Source of the DNA: Burkholderiaceae bacterium
Lineage (GTDB): Bacteria; Pseudomonadota; Gammaproteobacteria; Burkholderiales; Burkholderiaceae_C
Length of the DNA: 64,000 nucleotides
Assembly: GCA_036520715.1 (NCBI GenBank)
Contig: DATDJF010000353.1
Location: forward strand, 55 to 64,054
Reading direction: 5' to 3'
Shown: positions 55,050 to 63,923 of the stretch, piece after piece
Layout: each line of letters begins with the position of its first letter
How positions within the stretch are numbered: position 1 is the first letter of the stretch
Translations under genes and position numbers: made by a program
The notes under the pieces: model-generated
The model's input: only the letters and a program-made list of their open reading frames with translations
What the model was told of the DNA's origin: nothing
Database searches by the model: none

Positions 55050-55532
55050 CTACTTCTTGACGAGTTTGCCGGCGAGCATCTCGGACAACCAACCGAATGC
55101 CGCTCCGAGCACGATCGACCCGACCGTTGGCACGAGCGCGTCCATCGGCGCGATCCCCTTGAGCAGAATCAGGCCAGCGGCGGACGCGAAACCATAGACA
55201 GCAGCCGGAATCGTCGAGAGCTGGGGAATGTGAGCTGCCAGCACCATGACGGCGACACCGATCCCGACTGCAACGGGTGCGGCCAAGGCACCCAGAGCGC
55301 CGAGCATGCCGGCCAGCATGACTGACAGGATCCCAACCACTGCGCCGAACACCATGCAGACAATCGTCTTGACCAGACCATCGGTCTTGCCGCCGCAGTG
55401 GAAGAAGCTCCCCCACGCGACGAACGCCTGCCAGATCTGAAAGTTGAATGCCGCAAGGGGCCCTAGGAAAACCCAGGTTGCCACGACGGCCAGCAGGCCG
55501 ATCGAAATCGTCAATGCCAACAACATCGTCAT
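55050..55532 (-). CDS. DUF1097-like inner membrane protein
   Basis: 160 aa with four or five TM segments. Its pattern resembles the YcdZ family as I recall it. Confidence 0.6.
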   Translation of the reverse strand: MTMLLALTISIGLLAVVATWVFLGPLAAFNFQIWQAFVAWGSFFHCGGKTDGLVKTIVCMVFGAVVGILSVMLAGMLGALGALAAPVAVGIGVAVMVLAAHIPQLSTIPAAVYGFASAAGLILLKGIAPMDALVPTVGSIVLGAAFGWLSEMLAGKLVKK

Positions 55533-56034
55533 TTCTTGTCTCCTCGGTCCGTGTTGTGGGAACGGCTCGGCACCGCCCGACGGGGTTGGCGCCGTGCCGC
55601 TCTCAAGCGTCGGCGATCAGCCGACGTGCCATTGCGCAGCGCAATGCTTGATCAGGCCGACAACAAGATCAGCGACCTACCCCTCATCAAACTTCACTGA
55701 GCTGCGCGAGCATCGAGCGCAAGAAGCATTCCACGCGTGGCGGATCGACCACCGTGCGCAACTCGCCTTCGTCTTCGAGGGGTGGATTCGAAATTCGCGG
55801 GTAATCCCGCTTCGGGTTGCTACGCGTCGGTCACCCGTGCCCGTCGAAATGGCAGTCGAGCCATACCCTTTCTTGCTCAGACTGTCCCTGGGACAAGATG
55901 ACAACTTGAGTCACATCTGCTGACACGCCCGCGTCACCCGCGTTCCGCGCCGTGCGCCCCATGTCGCACAAAGGGCAGAACCCCCAGCGCTTGCAGCCGC
56001 CTATGGCAGGAGATGGCCGACAGCGGACGCCCGA

Positions 56035-56637
56035 TCAGACCTTCGCCTGACACTCGATCGCATCCACGATCACCCGCCGTCGCCGCGCCGTCACCGCCTC
56101 CTGCTCCACCCCCTGCTCGAACAGCGCGCTGAAGGTGGGGCGGTTCGAGACGAAGTGGAAGCACATGCCGACCACGTTCGCGTACACATCCAAGGGCTGC
56201 AGTTCTTCGCGCATCAGGCCGTTCGCCTGACCGCGCCGCAGGATCGCGGCCAGCGCGTCGAGGCTGCGCCCGCTCGCCTCCCGCACCGACTCCGCCTGCG
56301 CGATGAAACGCCCGCGCAGCAGGTTTTCGCCCATCACCATGCGCACGAACTGCGGTGACTTCACGTGCAGGTCGAACAGGTGGCCGACGTAGGCGCGCAG
56401 CGCGTCCATCGGGGCCATCGCGTCGTAGTCGGGAGCCACGAGCGACGCGCGCGCCCTGGCGTACGACTCGGCCAGCGCGGCGGTGTACAGCCCTTCCTTG
56501 CTGCCGAAGTGGTAGTACAGCATGCCCTTGCTGGTGCCGGTGCGTGCTGCAATCGCCTCGACGCGCGCGCCGGCCAGGCCGAGCTCCGAAAACTCGGCGA
56601 TGGCGGCGTCGAGGATGTTGCGCGCGACCGGGTCCAT
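56035..56637 (-). CDS. TetR/AcrR family transcriptional regulator
   Basis: N-terminal HTH ILDAAIAEFSELGLAGARVEAIAARTGTSKGMLYYHFGSKEGLY. It is 200 aa and is the last gene of the esterase-TRAP operon. Confidence 0.85.
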   Translation of the reverse strand: MDPVARNILDAAIAEFSELGLAGARVEAIAARTGTSKGMLYYHFGSKEGLYTAALAESYARARASLVAPDYDAMAPMDALRAYVGHLFDLHVKSPQFVRMVMGENLLRGRFIAQAESVREASGRSLDALAAILRRGQANGLMREELQPLDVYANVVGMCFHFVSNRPTFSALFEQGVEQEAVTARRRRVIVDAIECQAKV

Positions 56638-56657
56638 CGGCAGCCGACGATGGGCCT

Positions 56658-57695
56658 TCAGCGCTGGGCGCGCAGCCGCTCCGATTCGCTCAGCAGCAGC
56701 TTGAGCACGTCGGGGTTGGCGCTCGCGCTGTGCTTGTCGACCACCGGGCGTGCCGCCGCGCGGATGCGCGCGATCTCTGCCGGCGCGATGTCGTTCACGC
56801 TCATCAGCGTGCGCAGCTTGGTGAGCGCCGCGTCCTCGTCGGCGCGCGCGCCGTCGCGCCATGTCTTGGTGGCTTCGGTCCACGCCTGGCGCAGGATCGT
56901 GCGCTCCTCGTTGTTGAGCTGGTCCCACACCGGCTTGCTGAAGATGCCCATCGCCGCGAGCAGCACGTGGCGCGTCATCGACAGGTATTTCTGCACCTCG
57001 TAGAACTTGGTGGCCAGGATCAGCGCCACCGGGTTCTCCTGGCCATCGACGGCCTTCTGCTCGAGCGCGGTGTACAGCTCGGGGAACGGCATCGGCACCG
57101 CGTTCGTGCCGAGCGCCTTCCACAGGTCGAGCGCCAGCGGCGACTGCAGCACCCGGATCTTCAGGCCCTGCAGATCCTCCAGCCTGGTCACGGCACGCCG
57201 GCTGTTGGTGAGGTTGCGAAAGTTGCAGGCCGCGAAGCCGAGCGGCACCACGCCCTTGCCGTCGAGGCTGTCGAGCAGCTTCTTGCCGAACGGGCCGTCG
57301 ACAACCGCCTCGGCATGCTCCATCGAGTCGAACAGGTACGGCAGGTCGAGCAGCTCGAACTCCTTGATCAGGCCGACCAGCAGGCCGGCCGACAGCGTGC
57401 CCATGTCGATGGTGCCGGAGCGGATGCCCGAGATCATCTGCAGGTCGCCACCGAGTGCGCCGCCGGGAAACACGTTGACCTTGAGCTTGCTGCCCGACAG
57501 GCGCGCCACACTCTCGGCGAACTTGTCGGCGCCGTCGGCCACCGAGTTGCCGCGCGGCGACTGGAATGCGAGCTTGAATTCGCGCGCACGGATCTGGCCG
57601 AGCGCCGGCAGCGGCAACCATGCTGCCACCGCGCCGGCCGCGACGAGGCGGCGACGGGTGGGTGACAGCAGCGGGAGTTGGCAAGGCTTGTTCAT
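56658..57695 (-). CDS. TRAP transporter substrate-binding protein (DctP family)
   Basis: Tat-like leader (TRRRLVAAGAVAA) and DctP-family pattern (GTIDMGT, LDLPYLF). Confidence 0.85.
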   Translation of the reverse strand: MNKPCQLPLLSPTRRRLVAAGAVAAWLPLPALGQIRAREFKLAFQSPRGNSVADGADKFAESVARLSGSKLKVNVFPGGALGGDLQMISGIRSGTIDMGTLSAGLLVGLIKEFELLDLPYLFDSMEHAEAVVDGPFGKKLLDSLDGKGVVPLGFAACNFRNLTNSRRAVTRLEDLQGLKIRVLQSPLALDLWKALGTNAVPMPFPELYTALEQKAVDGQENPVALILATKFYEVQKYLSMTRHVLLAAMGIFSKPVWDQLNNEERTILRQAWTEATKTWRDGARADEDAALTKLRTLMSVNDIAPAEIARIRAAARPVVDKHSASANPDVLKLLLSESERLRAQR

Positions 57696-57732
57696 CGGTG
57701 GTCTCCTTTGCGTTGCAAGCGCGGCCCGGCTT

Positions 57733-59013
57733 TCAGCGCGCGAGCCATGCGGCCGGCGCGGTGACCAGCCACGGGAACAGCGTCATCGCGCCCAGCATCG
57801 CGAGCTGGGCGAACATGAACGGCCAGACGCCGCTGATGACCTGGGTCATGCCGACGCGCGAGACGCCGGCCACGACGTTGAGCACGGTGCCCACCGGCGG
57901 CGAGATCAGGCCGATCGCGTTGTTGACGACGAACAGCACGCCGAAGTACACCGGGTCGATGCCGGCCGCCTTGACGATCGGCATCAGGATCGGCGTGAGG
58001 ATCAGCACCGTCGGCCCGAAGTCGAGCGCGGTGCCGATGATCACCACCAGCACCATGATCACCAGCATCAGCAGGATCGGGCTCGTGATCAGCGGGCCGA
58101 ACAGCTCGACCAGCGTCTGCGCGATGCCCGACACGGTGACGAGCCAGCTCGACAGCATCGCCGATGCGACCAGCAGCATCACCACGCTGGTGGTCATCGC
58201 CACGCGCACGAAGATGGCGTACAGGTCGCGGTGCCTGAGCTCGCGATACACGAACGTGGCTACCAGGTAGGCGTACACGGCGCAGGCCACCGCGGCCTCG
58301 GTGGGCGTGACGACGCCGAACTTGAGGCCGAAGATGATGATGAGCGGCATGCCCAGCGCCCAGCTGCCCTGCCGCGCGGCGCGGCCGATCTGCGCCAGGC
58401 TGGCGCGCGGCAGGCGCGGCGGCGCCTCGGTGCGCATGATCCACCACCAGGTGATCCACAGCGACAACGCGAGCAGCAGGCCCGGCACGATGCCGGCCAG
58501 GAACAGCTTGGTGATCGACACGCCGGCCAGCACGCCGAAGAAGACGAACGGGATGCTCGGCGGAATGATCGGCGCGATGATCGCGCCCGCGGCGATCAGC
58601 CCGACCGTGCGCCCCGGGTTGTAGCCGGCCTTGATCATGGTCGGCACCAGGAACGCGGACAGCGCCGCGGCATCGGCCACCGCCGAGCCCGACAGCGACG
58701 CCAGCATCACCGTGGTCAGGATGACCACGTAGCCCAGGCCGCCGCGCAGGTGGCCGAGCAGCGTCATCGCGATGTCGACGATGCGGCGCGAGATGCCGCC
58801 GGCGTTCATGATCTCGCCGGCGAGGATGAAGAACGGCAGCGCCAGCAGCGGAAAGCTGTCGGCGCCGTTGACCACCGTCTGCGCCATCAGCGTGGGGTCG
58901 AACTGGCCCATCGCGAGCATCAGCGCCACGCCCGACACCAGCATCGCGAAGGCGACCGGCATGCCGAGCAGCATCGGCACCAGCAGGCCGAGCAGGAACA
59001 CGGTGAGGATCAC
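57733..59013 (-). CDS. TRAP transporter large permease (DctM family)
   Basis: ILTVFLLGLLVPMLLGMPVAFAM...PFFILAGEIMN, a typical DctM N-terminus. The GTG start overlaps the dctQ-type stop (GTGA). Confidence 0.85.
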   Translation of the reverse strand: MILTVFLLGLLVPMLLGMPVAFAMLVSGVALMLAMGQFDPTLMAQTVVNGADSFPLLALPFFILAGEIMNAGGISRRIVDIAMTLLGHLRGGLGYVVILTTVMLASLSGSAVADAAALSAFLVPTMIKAGYNPGRTVGLIAAGAIIAPIIPPSIPFVFFGVLAGVSITKLFLAGIVPGLLLALSLWITWWWIMRTEAPPRLPRASLAQIGRAARQGSWALGMPLIIIFGLKFGVVTPTEAAVACAVYAYLVATFVYRELRHRDLYAIFVRVAMTTSVVMLLVASAMLSSWLVTVSGIAQTLVELFGPLITSPILLMLVIMVLVVIIGTALDFGPTVLILTPILMPIVKAAGIDPVYFGVLFVVNNAIGLISPPVGTVLNVVAGVSRVGMTQVISGVWPFMFAQLAMLGAMTLFPWLVTAPAAWLAR

Positions 59014-59519
59014 GCGATGTCCTCGCTCTCGACGGTGCCGATCAGCTCGCCATCGGTGAGCTGGCCGCGCAGCGCGCGCCAGATGTCCCAGGCCAGGATC
59101 AGCGTCGCAGCGGCGCCGAACAGCACGGCCACGCCGTAGAACAGGCCGTGCGACAGCCCGGTGACCGGTGCGCCGATGTCCCAGTCGATGCGCGTCTGGC
59201 GCAGGCTGCCGAGGAAGAACAGCACCGCCACCGCCAGCATGGCGGTACGCGTCAGCAGGAAGCACACGCTGCGGCCGCGGCGCGACAGGCGCACGACGAA
59301 GGCATCGACGCCGAGGTGGCGCCCTTCCTTCAGCGCCAGCGCGGCGCCGATGAAGGTGAGCCACACCAGGCACCAGCGCGACAGCTCCTCGGAAACGTCG
59401 ATGCCGGAGTTGAAGCCGTAGCGCAGCACGACGTTGCCGAACACCATCACCACGATGGCCAACAGCAGAAAGGCCAGGAAGCCCTTGAGGACCGCGATGC
59501 CCAGCCGCACCGCCTTCAT
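59010..59519 (-). CDS. TRAP transporter small permease (DctQ family)
   Basis: 169 aa with four TM segments. The ATG at 59519 overlaps the esterase stop (ATGA). Confidence 0.8.
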   Translation of the reverse strand: MKAVRLGIAVLKGFLAFLLLAIVVMVFGNVVLRYGFNSGIDVSEELSRWCLVWLTFIGAALALKEGRHLGVDAFVVRLSRRGRSVCFLLTRTAMLAVAVLFFLGSLRQTRIDWDIGAPVTGLSHGLFYGVAVLFGAAATLILAWDIWRALRGQLTDGELIGTVESEDIA

Positions 59520-60436
59520 CGTGCGACACCCGGCTCGAGCAGCCCGCGCAGATCGGCGCACAGCTGCTGCGCCGCCTGCAGCGAACCCGGCGACACACGC
59601 GTGAAGCTGAAGAAGCCGTGGTTCAGCGCCGGGTACTGGCGCAGCAGCACCGGCACGCCGGCGGCCTGCAGCCGCGCCGCGTAGGCGAGGTTGTCCTCGT
59701 AGAGAAAGTCGTGCGCACCGACGCCGATGATCGCCGGCGCCAGCCCGGCATGCCGCTCGGCCAACGCCGGCGATGCGCGCCAGTCGCTCGCCTGCTGCTG
59801 AACGCGCTCGCCGAAGTAGGCGCGCGCGATGTCGGCGTCGAGCCGCCGCGACATGTCGGTGGCCGGGTAGATCAGCAGTTGCGCCGCCAGCGGCAGCCCG
59901 CGGGCGCGCGCGTGCAGCGCCGCCACCGCAGCCAGGTTGCCGCCGGCGCTGTCGCCCGCCACCGCCACCGGCAAGGCAGCGCCGCCGAGCCGGCCGACAT
60001 GCTCGAACGCCCAATCGAGTGCAGCCATGGCATCCATCGCGGCGGCGGGAAAACGATGCTCCGGGGCCAGCCGGTAGCCGACGTTGAGCACCACCACGCC
60101 GCACTCGGCTGCGATGCGCCGGCAATGCGCCTCGTGCGATTGCAGGTCGCCCAACACCCAGCCGCCACCGTGAAAGAAGACGACCGTGCCGCGCACGGCG
60201 CCATGCGGCCGCACGATGCGCGCGGGCAGCGGGCCGTCGGCGCCTGGAATCTCCAACGCATCAATGGATGCGACCTCGATCGTCGGGCTCGGATAGAGAA
60301 AAGCGCGAATGCAACGGCCGCGCTCGCGGCTGGCACTCGGATCGCCGCCTTCGTACAGCCCCGGGATGCCGCTGTCTTTCCAGCGGCGCGCCATCTCGGC
60401 GAGTTGCGGCTCGAGCGGCACGGCAGCGTCGGGCAT
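59516..60436 (-). CDS. alpha/beta hydrolase, hormone-sensitive-lipase-type esterase
   Basis: HGGGW oxyanion motif, GDSAGGNLA nucleophile elbow and a C-terminal NHGF. Confidence 0.85.
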   Translation of the reverse strand: MPDAAVPLEPQLAEMARRWKDSGIPGLYEGGDPSASRERGRCIRAFLYPSPTIEVASIDALEIPGADGPLPARIVRPHGAVRGTVVFFHGGGWVLGDLQSHEAHCRRIAAECGVVVLNVGYRLAPEHRFPAAAMDAMAALDWAFEHVGRLGGAALPVAVAGDSAGGNLAAVAALHARARGLPLAAQLLIYPATDMSRRLDADIARAYFGERVQQQASDWRASPALAERHAGLAPAIIGVGAHDFLYEDNLAYAARLQAAGVPVLLRQYPALNHGFFSFTRVSPGSLQAAQQLCADLRGLLEPGVAR

Positions 60437-60466
60437 GCGTCGCTCCCTGAGGGTGATCGGTGGGCT

Positions 60467-60486
60467 GGCCAGTGTATTGACTGGCC
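60467..60486. promoter_or_regulatory. candidate TetR operator upstream of the esterase-TRAP operon
   Basis: GGCCAGT gtattg ACTGGCC forms 7-bp perfect arms, extendable to 8 of 9. It lies 31-50 bp upstream of the esterase ATG. Confidence 0.4.
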
Positions 60487-60542
60487 GGTTAGTTAATATC
60501 CGTGCGACCCCGCATGGCGTGCCGCGGGCCGCATCGCCCTGC

Positions 60543-62909
60543 CTAGGATTTCGTCAGGATCCGCTTCAGCGTATCGGCGCTGAAACCCAACACCACGATC
60601 GCGACGATCGCCGACCACCAGTCGAGCGAGCGGATCTTGTCCTCCGCACCGGCCAGCAAGCCGATCACGACGATGCCGATGGTGACCACCAAGGTGCCAG
60701 AGGCCAGCAGCGCCACGTCGCGGCCGTAGGACTTGATGGGCTCCAGCCGCAGCTTGGCGGCGGCCGTCGCCAGCGGCGCCCCGCCGTCGCGATCCTCGAG
60801 CAGCTCGGCCCGCACTTCGAAGGGGGGCAGCGGCGGCGGCGGTGGCTGGCGACGCAGCTTGCTCCACCAGCGCTGCATCAGCCCGGGCTCCGGCTGCGGC
60901 TCGAAGTACTGGCCGACGATCCAGCCATCGTCGGGCTCGGGCTCGCGGTCCGAAGGGATGCCCGGGCCGGAGAACTGCCAGCGGCAGACGATCTGCTGGC
61001 GTGCCACCGCAGTGTCGAAGCCGGGCCGCTCGAGCTTCAGGCGGAACACGACGAGCTGAAAGCCGATCGGCGTGCGCGGGTCGAACTCGATGCGCAGCGC
61101 GCCCGGGCGTTGCAGTTCGGCGATCAGGTCGGCCTTGTCGATGTTCTGCTCGACCTCGCGCACGATGTCGGTGGCCCTGCGCAGCGATTCGCACGGGCCC
61201 GGTGACAACGCGGCCAGCAGATCCGTGCCACGGCCCTCGCGCTTGGCACGGATTTCTTCGCCCCCGGCGTTCGCCACCAGCTTCGCGAAGGCGATGATCA
61301 GGCGAGCCTTGCACACGGCGTGCGCGGCGCGGACGAAACGCTCGCGTGTCGGCTCCGCCTCGTCATCCGCGAGGAAGTCGCCTCGCAAGGCCTGCATCAG
61401 GTCGGCCAGCCGCTTCCATTCGCCTGTCCTTGCCAGCTCGGCGGTTGCCAGCCCGCGGGCTTGCGCCTGCAGTTGAGTGACGGCTTCCCTGCCCGGCGGG
61501 TTGTCGCTTCCAGCCAGGACCTTGGCGGCCGCATCGAGCGCTGCCCGCGCCGCCTTCATGTCGGAGTCGTCGGGCTCATGCTTCTCGGCGACGTCGAGCG
61601 CCGAACGGCACAGCTCCTCGACCCGCTCGGCCTCGGGCAGCGCCATGCCGGGATCGTCGCGCAAGGCGACCAGCAGCGCACCCGCCTGCGTGGTGAGGTC
61701 GATGCGGCGACCGAGCGCTGCGATGCGTTCGTCGAGCTTGGGCAGGGCATCCTCGGTCGACGGGTGGAACCATTGGTTGACCCGCAACTCGTCGCGCAAC
61801 CGCTTCTTCTCGGTGCGCAGCAGGTTCAGGCGACGCGAGCTGATGACACCACCGAGCCCGGCCAGGCGCCCTTCCAGGTCGGCCAGCCGCTGCTTGCTCG
61901 CGATGCGCTTGCGCTGCACCGGCAGCGCATAGTTGACGAGCAGCGAGATCAGGACCCCGACGCAGAGGAAGAAGAGGATGGCGATCGAATTCAGGATGCC
62001 CTGCCAGACCGGACTCCAGTAGCTCAGCCGCGCCGTCACGTCGAAGGCCTTGTGCTCGACCGGGCGCAGCCGGAAGCTCGAGTCGGGCTCGTGTTCGAGC
62101 AGCAGCCGCCCGCGGCGCTCGCCAGCGCGCACGAAGCCACTCTCGAAGACGGATTGCTCGACCTTTTGCAACGACACCGGCAACACCACGTGCTGCCGCG
62201 GGTAGGCCACGGCGACCCCGGCGTCCACTTCGTCGCCGGCAAGTTGCAGGCTCCAGCGGATGCGGTAGAGCACCGGATCCTCGTTGAACAGCCGGATCTC
62301 GTGGCCGCGCTGTCCGCGGACCAGCGTGATGTCGAGTTTGTTCGCTGCCGACCCGTCGAGCTTCAGGTTGAAGGGCAGCGCTTCCTGGCGCAGCGCCTTG
62401 ACCTCCACCAGCTCATCGGCGCCATGGCGCAAGGTCGCGATCAGCAGGCTCGACGGCGGCACCTTCGACGCCTCGACCTTGACGTCCACGCAGCGCTGCG
62501 CGGCCAGCTCGGCACGTCCTTTCACGATGGCCTCGTCGTCAGCCACCGCGGCAACGACGCTGCCGACGGCCGCCGACACCGTGCGTGTGCCGTCCGGCAT
62601 GCGCTCGGCAAAGCGCGACAGTTGCAGTGCGGGCTTGATCGGTTGCGAACTGCGGTTGCACAGTTGCATGGCCGTGGATCCCGCGCCATCGCCGCCAACG
62701 GCCAGGACCGCGTTGTTTTCGACGCACAGCGTGCACCCGGCCGGGCTGTCTTTCGGGCACCACGTGCACGGCACCTCGGGCGCCGCTGCGTTGTCGTGCT
62801 TCGTCGCCGTGCTGGCGTCTTGCGGCGGCTGGCAACCGCCGAGCCACAGCAGCGCAGCCAGCGAGACCACCATCCCCAGCCCACGGCTTGGACCCTGTTG
62901 CGCAAGCAT
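60543..62909 (-). CDS. large uncharacterised lipoprotein/transmembrane protein (about 789 aa)
   Basis: Leader MLAQQGPSRGLGMVVSLAALLWLGGC, then a Cys-rich stretch CTWCPKDSPAGCTLC and a beta-rich region of about 300 aa. A TM segment (ILNSIAILFFLCVGVLISLLV) follows, then about 390 aa of helical/coiled region, a PPPPPLPP tract and two C-terminal TMs. I recognise no family. An alternative ATG lies at 62873. Confidence 0.65.
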   Translation of the reverse strand: MLAQQGPSRGLGMVVSLAALLWLGGCQPPQDASTATKHDNAAAPEVPCTWCPKDSPAGCTLCVENNAVLAVGGDGAGSTAMQLCNRSSQPIKPALQLSRFAERMPDGTRTVSAAVGSVVAAVADDEAIVKGRAELAAQRCVDVKVEASKVPPSSLLIATLRHGADELVEVKALRQEALPFNLKLDGSAANKLDITLVRGQRGHEIRLFNEDPVLYRIRWSLQLAGDEVDAGVAVAYPRQHVVLPVSLQKVEQSVFESGFVRAGERRGRLLLEHEPDSSFRLRPVEHKAFDVTARLSYWSPVWQGILNSIAILFFLCVGVLISLLVNYALPVQRKRIASKQRLADLEGRLAGLGGVISSRRLNLLRTEKKRLRDELRVNQWFHPSTEDALPKLDERIAALGRRIDLTTQAGALLVALRDDPGMALPEAERVEELCRSALDVAEKHEPDDSDMKAARAALDAAAKVLAGSDNPPGREAVTQLQAQARGLATAELARTGEWKRLADLMQALRGDFLADDEAEPTRERFVRAAHAVCKARLIIAFAKLVANAGGEEIRAKREGRGTDLLAALSPGPCESLRRATDIVREVEQNIDKADLIAELQRPGALRIEFDPRTPIGFQLVVFRLKLERPGFDTAVARQQIVCRWQFSGPGIPSDREPEPDDGWIVGQYFEPQPEPGLMQRWWSKLRRQPPPPPLPPFEVRAELLEDRDGGAPLATAAAKLRLEPIKSYGRDVALLASGTLVVTIGIVVIGLLAGAEDKIRSLDWWSAIVAIVVLGFSADTLKRILTKS

Positions 62910-63092
62910 CGGCACGCTCCCCGGACACCACCGGCGCCAAGGGTGCCGCCGGTCGGCGCCTGTTGGCAAGCCGATGTGAATACCGCACAAGTTCCAACGG
63001 CATTAGTGACCACCCGAAAACGGCGCTGGGCCCTAGCCTTGCCCGCAGTCGCCGTGCCCCTGCGCGCTGCGACTGCAAGCAAGGAGAGGGCT

Positions 63093-63848
63093 GTGTTCGA
63101 CCTGATTTCCATCGCTGAAGAGGCGGCGCCGGCCAACGACGCCGCTGCCATCGGACTGCCGAGCGCCAACGACGGCTATCGTGGCCCCGAGCGCCGGCGC
63201 CGCGCATCGCCACTCACCGGCCTGCTGGCGGCGATGCTCGACGAGATCGACTACGGCATGCTGCTGGTCACCGACGGCGTGCGCCTGCTGCACGCCAACC
63301 ACGTGGCCCGCGCCGAACTCGACGCCGAGCATCCGCTGCTGGTGTTGGGCCATGAACTGCGAGCCCGGCGGCCGCAAGACGCGGCGCCGCTGCACGCTGC
63401 GCTCACCGACGCCTGCCGGCGCAAGCTGCGCCGCCTGGTCACGCTGGGCGAGGGCGGCCAGCGCGTCTGCCTCGCGGTGGTGCCGATCCCGGCACCCGAC
63501 GACGCCACGCCGACCAGCGCGCTGGTGATGCTGGGCAAGCGCCAGGTCTGCCAGCAGTTGTCGGTGGAGGCCTTCGCACGCACGCACGCCCTCTCGCCGA
63601 TGGAGACGCTGGTGCTCAAGGCGCTTTGCAGCGGCACGCGGCCCAGCGAGATCGCGCTGCAGCACAGCGTGGCCCTGTCCACCGTGCGCAGCCAGGTGTG
63701 CAGCATTCGCGCCAAGACCGGGGCCGAGACCATCGGGGCGCTGGTGCGCATGGTGTCGTTGCTGCCACCGATGGTCGGGGCGTTGCGGTCGCTGCCGGTC
63801 GCGGCCGAGCACCCGCCGGCATTGGCGATGGCCGTGGCCTGCGGATAG
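63093..63848 (+). CDS. LuxR-family (HTH) transcriptional regulator
   Basis: The C-terminus LSPMETLVLKALCSGTRPSEIALQHSVALSTVRSQVCSIRAKTG is a LuxR-type HTH. The GTG at 63093 is preceded by AAGGAGAG. The N-terminal sensor-like domain is unassigned. Confidence 0.75.
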   Translation: MFDLISIAEEAAPANDAAAIGLPSANDGYRGPERRRRASPLTGLLAAMLDEIDYGMLLVTDGVRLLHANHVARAELDAEHPLLVLGHELRARRPQDAAPLHAALTDACRRKLRRLVTLGEGGQRVCLAVVPIPAPDDATPTSALVMLGKRQVCQQLSVEAFARTHALSPMETLVLKALCSGTRPSEIALQHSVALSTVRSQVCSIRAKTGAETIGALVRMVSLLPPMVGALRSLPVAAEHPPALAMAVACG

Positions 63849-63923
63849 CGCGCGTCGCGGCTTTTGCGGAATCCTTGTCGCCCGTCAAGGCGGTGGCTCG
63901 CCGGTGGACGCACGCTGGAGCCC

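Noticed and set aside
56638-57684. The upstream 349 codons of the 549-aa minus-strand ORF that ends as the TetR protein
   Set aside because: This part overlaps the DctP-family gene in another frame. DctP has a clear leader and family pattern, whereas the alternative frame is Arg/Pro/Gly-rich. The TetR protein starts at MDPVARN (56637).
58641-58652. A 12-nt identity (TCGGCACCAGGA) with the 3' end of tRNA-Thr plus flank, considered as a possible attR direct repeat
   Set aside because: Only 8 nt belong to the tRNA itself. It lies inside the conserved DctM-family coding sequence 33 kb away, with ordinary core genes in between. A chance match is more likely.
61320-63092. The upstream 591 codons of the 842-aa plus-strand ORF (61320..63848)
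   Set aside because: Only the last 251 codons, from the GTG at 63093 with an AAGGAGAG RBS, encode the LuxR-type protein. The rest is antisense to the large orphan gene and is Arg/Gly/Ala-rich.
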